This document shows positions 60,584 to 64,000 of a stretch of DNA of 64,000 nucleotides, piece by piece. The stretch spans positions 74,090,001 through 74,154,000 of the forward strand of contig OZ038378.1 in the NCBI GenBank assembly GCA_964036045.1, given 5' to 3'. Every line of letters starts with the position of its first letter. Within the stretch, counting starts at the first letter, position 1. Origin of the DNA: Eutreptiella sp. 'Long Island Sound 2002' (lineage: Eukaryota; Protista; Euglenida). Under the pieces are notes generated by a model. That model was given only the letters and a program-made list of their open reading frames with translations. It made no database searches and was not told the origin of the DNA. The translations under genes were made by a program, and so were the position numbers.

Positions 60584-62639
60584 ATGTGGTAGAATAACCG
60601 AGATCCACACCCCCACCGCACAATGGAAAAACCCATCGCTCGCATTTGTGGTCGCTCTCCCTCGGTATAGGATGAACATGAGCTCTTCATGAGCTAGCCG
60701 GCGCCGTCGCCTCCGCGGCTCGCGACGGGCTACAAAGACGGTGCGCACTGCGGGGCCGGGTCCCCGTGCCTTTTTAGGTATGCTTGCACCTCTCACGCAC
60801 GTGTGACACGGCAAACTGCCCGGTGTAACAAAATATATCCTAGATGATACCGAATTAGTCAATGACCATAACACAAGTACAACGCATGTCGTGCCGCCTC
60901 ATATCAGGCCGCCCTGTTGCCCTTTGGTGCGGCACCGAGGGCATGGTCCTTGGTTTTTGGTGCTTCCTTCAAACTGACAACTTGCACCTCTAATGGCATG
61001 TCCCGCCGCAAGCTGTGGGCAAACTTCCCCCCCCCCTTGAATCCCCACTCACCTAATGTAGTTGTGGTTCACAACGCGACCACAGCAGGCCGGGGATGGT
61101 GTTCAATAACGTTCTAGATGGGCTGCCTACACGCATTTGCACTTGCACACTCGGTAGGGCTCTCTTTTAAAATAGCCTAATCCGCCGAACCGGTTCTAGC
61201 GGGGGGTTGCAACGCTGGAATTCCGCAATTTAGAGTTTTCAGCGGATGTTCCAGCGGAGGTTCCAGTGCTCCATCTTGGTTTCCCTTCATGCCTCAGCTC
61301 TCCTTTTTCTAATGTCGAGCTGCCCGCACGCCTTTCCCCCTGTGCCCGAGTGGCACATGGCTGCCATCCGGGGTGCTAGGACCACCGGGTACGCCGGACC
61401 CCGCAATTGCCCTATGCTAGGTGGATCGCCCAGACCCCGCGGCTCCCATTAACCTGCCTGCTAGCATTGTCACGGCCCGCGTCCGCATCCGCCGGCCTGT
61501 GCTGACCAGCCGGGCTCCCGCGGGGCTCACTGCATTCCTACAGGCCTTCAGCGACTGGAACCCCCCGGTGTCCGTCATCCAAGTTTATTTGGCGGCGCAG
61601 GACAGTGAGGCGTTGGAGAAGGTTGCGCGGGCCACGGCAAACCGAGAGCCCAACGCCACCTCCACATGGGCAAGGCCCTTGGTGGGGGACCCCTGTTCTC
61701 CACCTACAACCCCACCACGAAGAAGCTGGGCAAGAACCTCTACACCCTCCCCCACCCCCACAAACACACCCACCGCCACCTCACACCCCACGTCCCCTCA
61801 ACAATGCCCAACTATTCCCTCTCCTCGGACTCCCCCTTTTGCTGGCAACCCAACAAACTGGGTCTCACCACCCCTGTTTGATGGAGGCCCCCATGAACTT
61901 CATTCCACTCCCTGTGACCCATCCTGTCCCCCTCATTCGCCCGAACGAAGGCAACGTCAACCATGACCCCCATGACGTACCCGTAGTGGCCACCCACTTG
62001 GTGGATGTTGGCGCCTCCCGCACATCCACCTCATCCAACCCTTTGACGACCCTGATGACACCCCCCTCCTTGTTAACCTCCGCACGGAGGCCAAATGCCT
62101 GCGCGGCCGAGTGTGGGAGATCATTTTTAATGCCGATTTTCGTGACTCCCATAGGGAGCAGGTCGTTGGGGAGAGGGCCGCGGTTTATGCCACCCTAGCC
62201 CAGCAGCACCTGCTGCTTCGGACATGAGAATTGTGCTTGCAACTGCTATTTGCATGGGTTATGAGGCCCTCCGGAACATGCTGAAATTTATGTACACATT
62301 TTATTCCGTTACCCTGTCGACCAGCATCTTGGGGTGTCCTTCCATGTGAGCTTGCAAGTGCGTCGAAGGGCTGCCGGACGCAGCGCCAAAACCGGTTCCG
62401 GCGGGGATTCCAGCGTTGAAAGGGTTTCTGGCGGGGAGGTTGCAGCTAGGGGATCCAGCACTAGAACCGGTTCCAGTGGAGGTTCTAGCGCAGTTCTATA
62501 GGGTGTCTAGCAGGCCTTCATCGCCACATTATGCCCCACGGTTTTGTCAACAGCCAGCATGTCAGCTGCCAATACACAAGTTCATCCATTCGTGGCATCA
62601 TTACCACCCTTGAAGGGGTATGGGACACTCGTAGGGCGA

Positions 62640-63900
62640 TAGGCACAAGACCGCAGGCCCCTTATCCAAAGGATATGTGCCGCCCTACTAGTGGACAACA
62701 GAATCAAGGTGCTGGACACCCCTGGAGGGATTTTTCTAAGGGTGGCGAGCAGTTCGGGGGACCCCGCTCTACGACGCGCCATTGGGGTGTGGAAGTGCGT
62801 GAGGCGGCTATGGTCATCCATCCGCCAAATGTACAAGCTGCCGTGGATTGCACAAAGGAACACCTAGACCGTGCGCGGGCAGCCTTGACGCCGTATTCGG
62901 CAACAACATGGATGCTGAGCGGTGGAACTTGCATGAACGGAGTGCGGCGACACATACACTTGACGATGTGGTGTACACGCAGCTTCGTCTAGCCCGGGAG
63001 GCAGAAGATTTAAGGGCGGCCACCCAAAGAAAAATTGGTCGTGTGTTGCCCGGATGCCACACCCCTGTGGCGGACATGAGTCACGAAGTGGGACTTGTTT
63101 GTCCATTTTTGGGGTGATGGGATTTGGGCTGCTAATAGTATCCACCGTTGGGCCATGTGGTTTTGCCTACATGGCCCAGATGACGGGGCTTGCCTTGTCA
63201 CTATTGACTTGGAGGCCAAACTCAGTCACCAAGTGCATCACCTTCAAGGTTGATGCACATATTATATAGAGGGTGCACGGAAGGAGTTTGAGTGCATACT
63301 TACGGATGATGGCCAGCTCTTGAGTGTTACAAACGGGGGAGGCAAATATTGGGACGGATGTAGGGACTGCAAGGGACTTCACCTTGTAGACGAACGACCC
63401 ACGGAGGTACAATGGGGCGCTCTTTTAAGGGACATCGAGGGTAGAGTGGGGGGCGTGGAGCACGGCATGTGCGGTTTTGTGAACATGTTCAAGACACGGC
63501 TCACAAGCAGCCTTGTGGACTGGGTGTAAGGTGTTCCAAGTATTAGCAATTTTATGGCCAGCTTGGTAGATATTTGGGATGATTTGCAAGATGACGCAAA
63601 AAGCATCCCGGTTGCAGTGCGCTTGTTCCAAAAGTGAACAAAGGGAGGCTAGTTTGATATATGTACCAGCAAGCCTCTCTTGCAGAAGCATGCATATGCG
63701 ACCCGCCTAGTGGCTGCTTTATTGCAGCATTTGCCGAAGCGGCAGGGCGGAGGGGGGGTCGTTGTGGATATGTGGCTGCGCAATTTCACAAGTGGTTTGT
63801 GGAAGGAGTGTGTGCCACTAACGGCTGCACAAAGCAGTGCTGCTCGGGCACACACTGCCAAGATTGGGGAGTGTTTGGTTAAGATGGGGTGGGAGTCCTC
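62640..63900 (+). pseudogene. Possible highly degraded non-LTR RT remnant
   Basis: Ordered motif-like pieces: MCRPTS, CLVTIDLEAK..H, GLQG.SP, GFVN, LPKRQGGGGV; all degenerate and in different frames. Confidence 0.4.
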
Positions 63901-64000
63901 CCCTTGGGTTCATTTGGTGTCACTCTGCTGCCCTGCTCAAGGTGTATGGGGCATTGTACATTGTTAGTAGCATACCTTTTGAGCACCGCAACAAACCCTT

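Noticed and set aside
63167-63412. Minus-strand RT motif EFGLQVNSDK
   Set aside because: The plus strand of the same bases gives a better ordered series of RT-like motifs; no supporting minus-strand YADD.

Overview
Eukaryotic, transposon-saturated DNA with no recognisable host gene, rRNA or CRISPR array. About 37 kb is three degenerate copies (A 2835-15284, B ~18800-29172, C 29538-44408; all + strand, short poly-A 3' ends) of one unusually long (~14 kb) non-LTR retrotransposon. Copy C is bounded by a perfect 17-bp target-site duplication. The pol region is APE endonuclease - RT - RNase H - Cys/His knuckle. Upstream lies a long, modular, virus-like polyprotein region: a Gly-Gly-ending ubiquitin-like domain, ~64-aa repeats, a CxxC-x9-CxxC motif, a C3HC4 RING finger and an RRM-like ORF1 core. 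These modules are separated by five 2A/StopGo-like (DxExNPGP-type) sites at conserved positions, two of them non-canonical in every copy that retains them. Also present: a 1.3-kb hAT derivative nested in copy C; a degenerate tyrosine-recombinase retrotransposon with gag-YR-RT-RH order (VIPER/TATE-like, minus strand, ~52700-57190); a 4.4-kb TIR element with an unclassified transposase-like remnant and a nested 2.8-kb insert; older LINE and hAT remnants; a tRNA-derived sequence; and microsatellites. A euglenozoan-like host is an inference from element types only. Domain calls are by eye from motif matches; no database search was run, and unmarked element boundaries are approximate.
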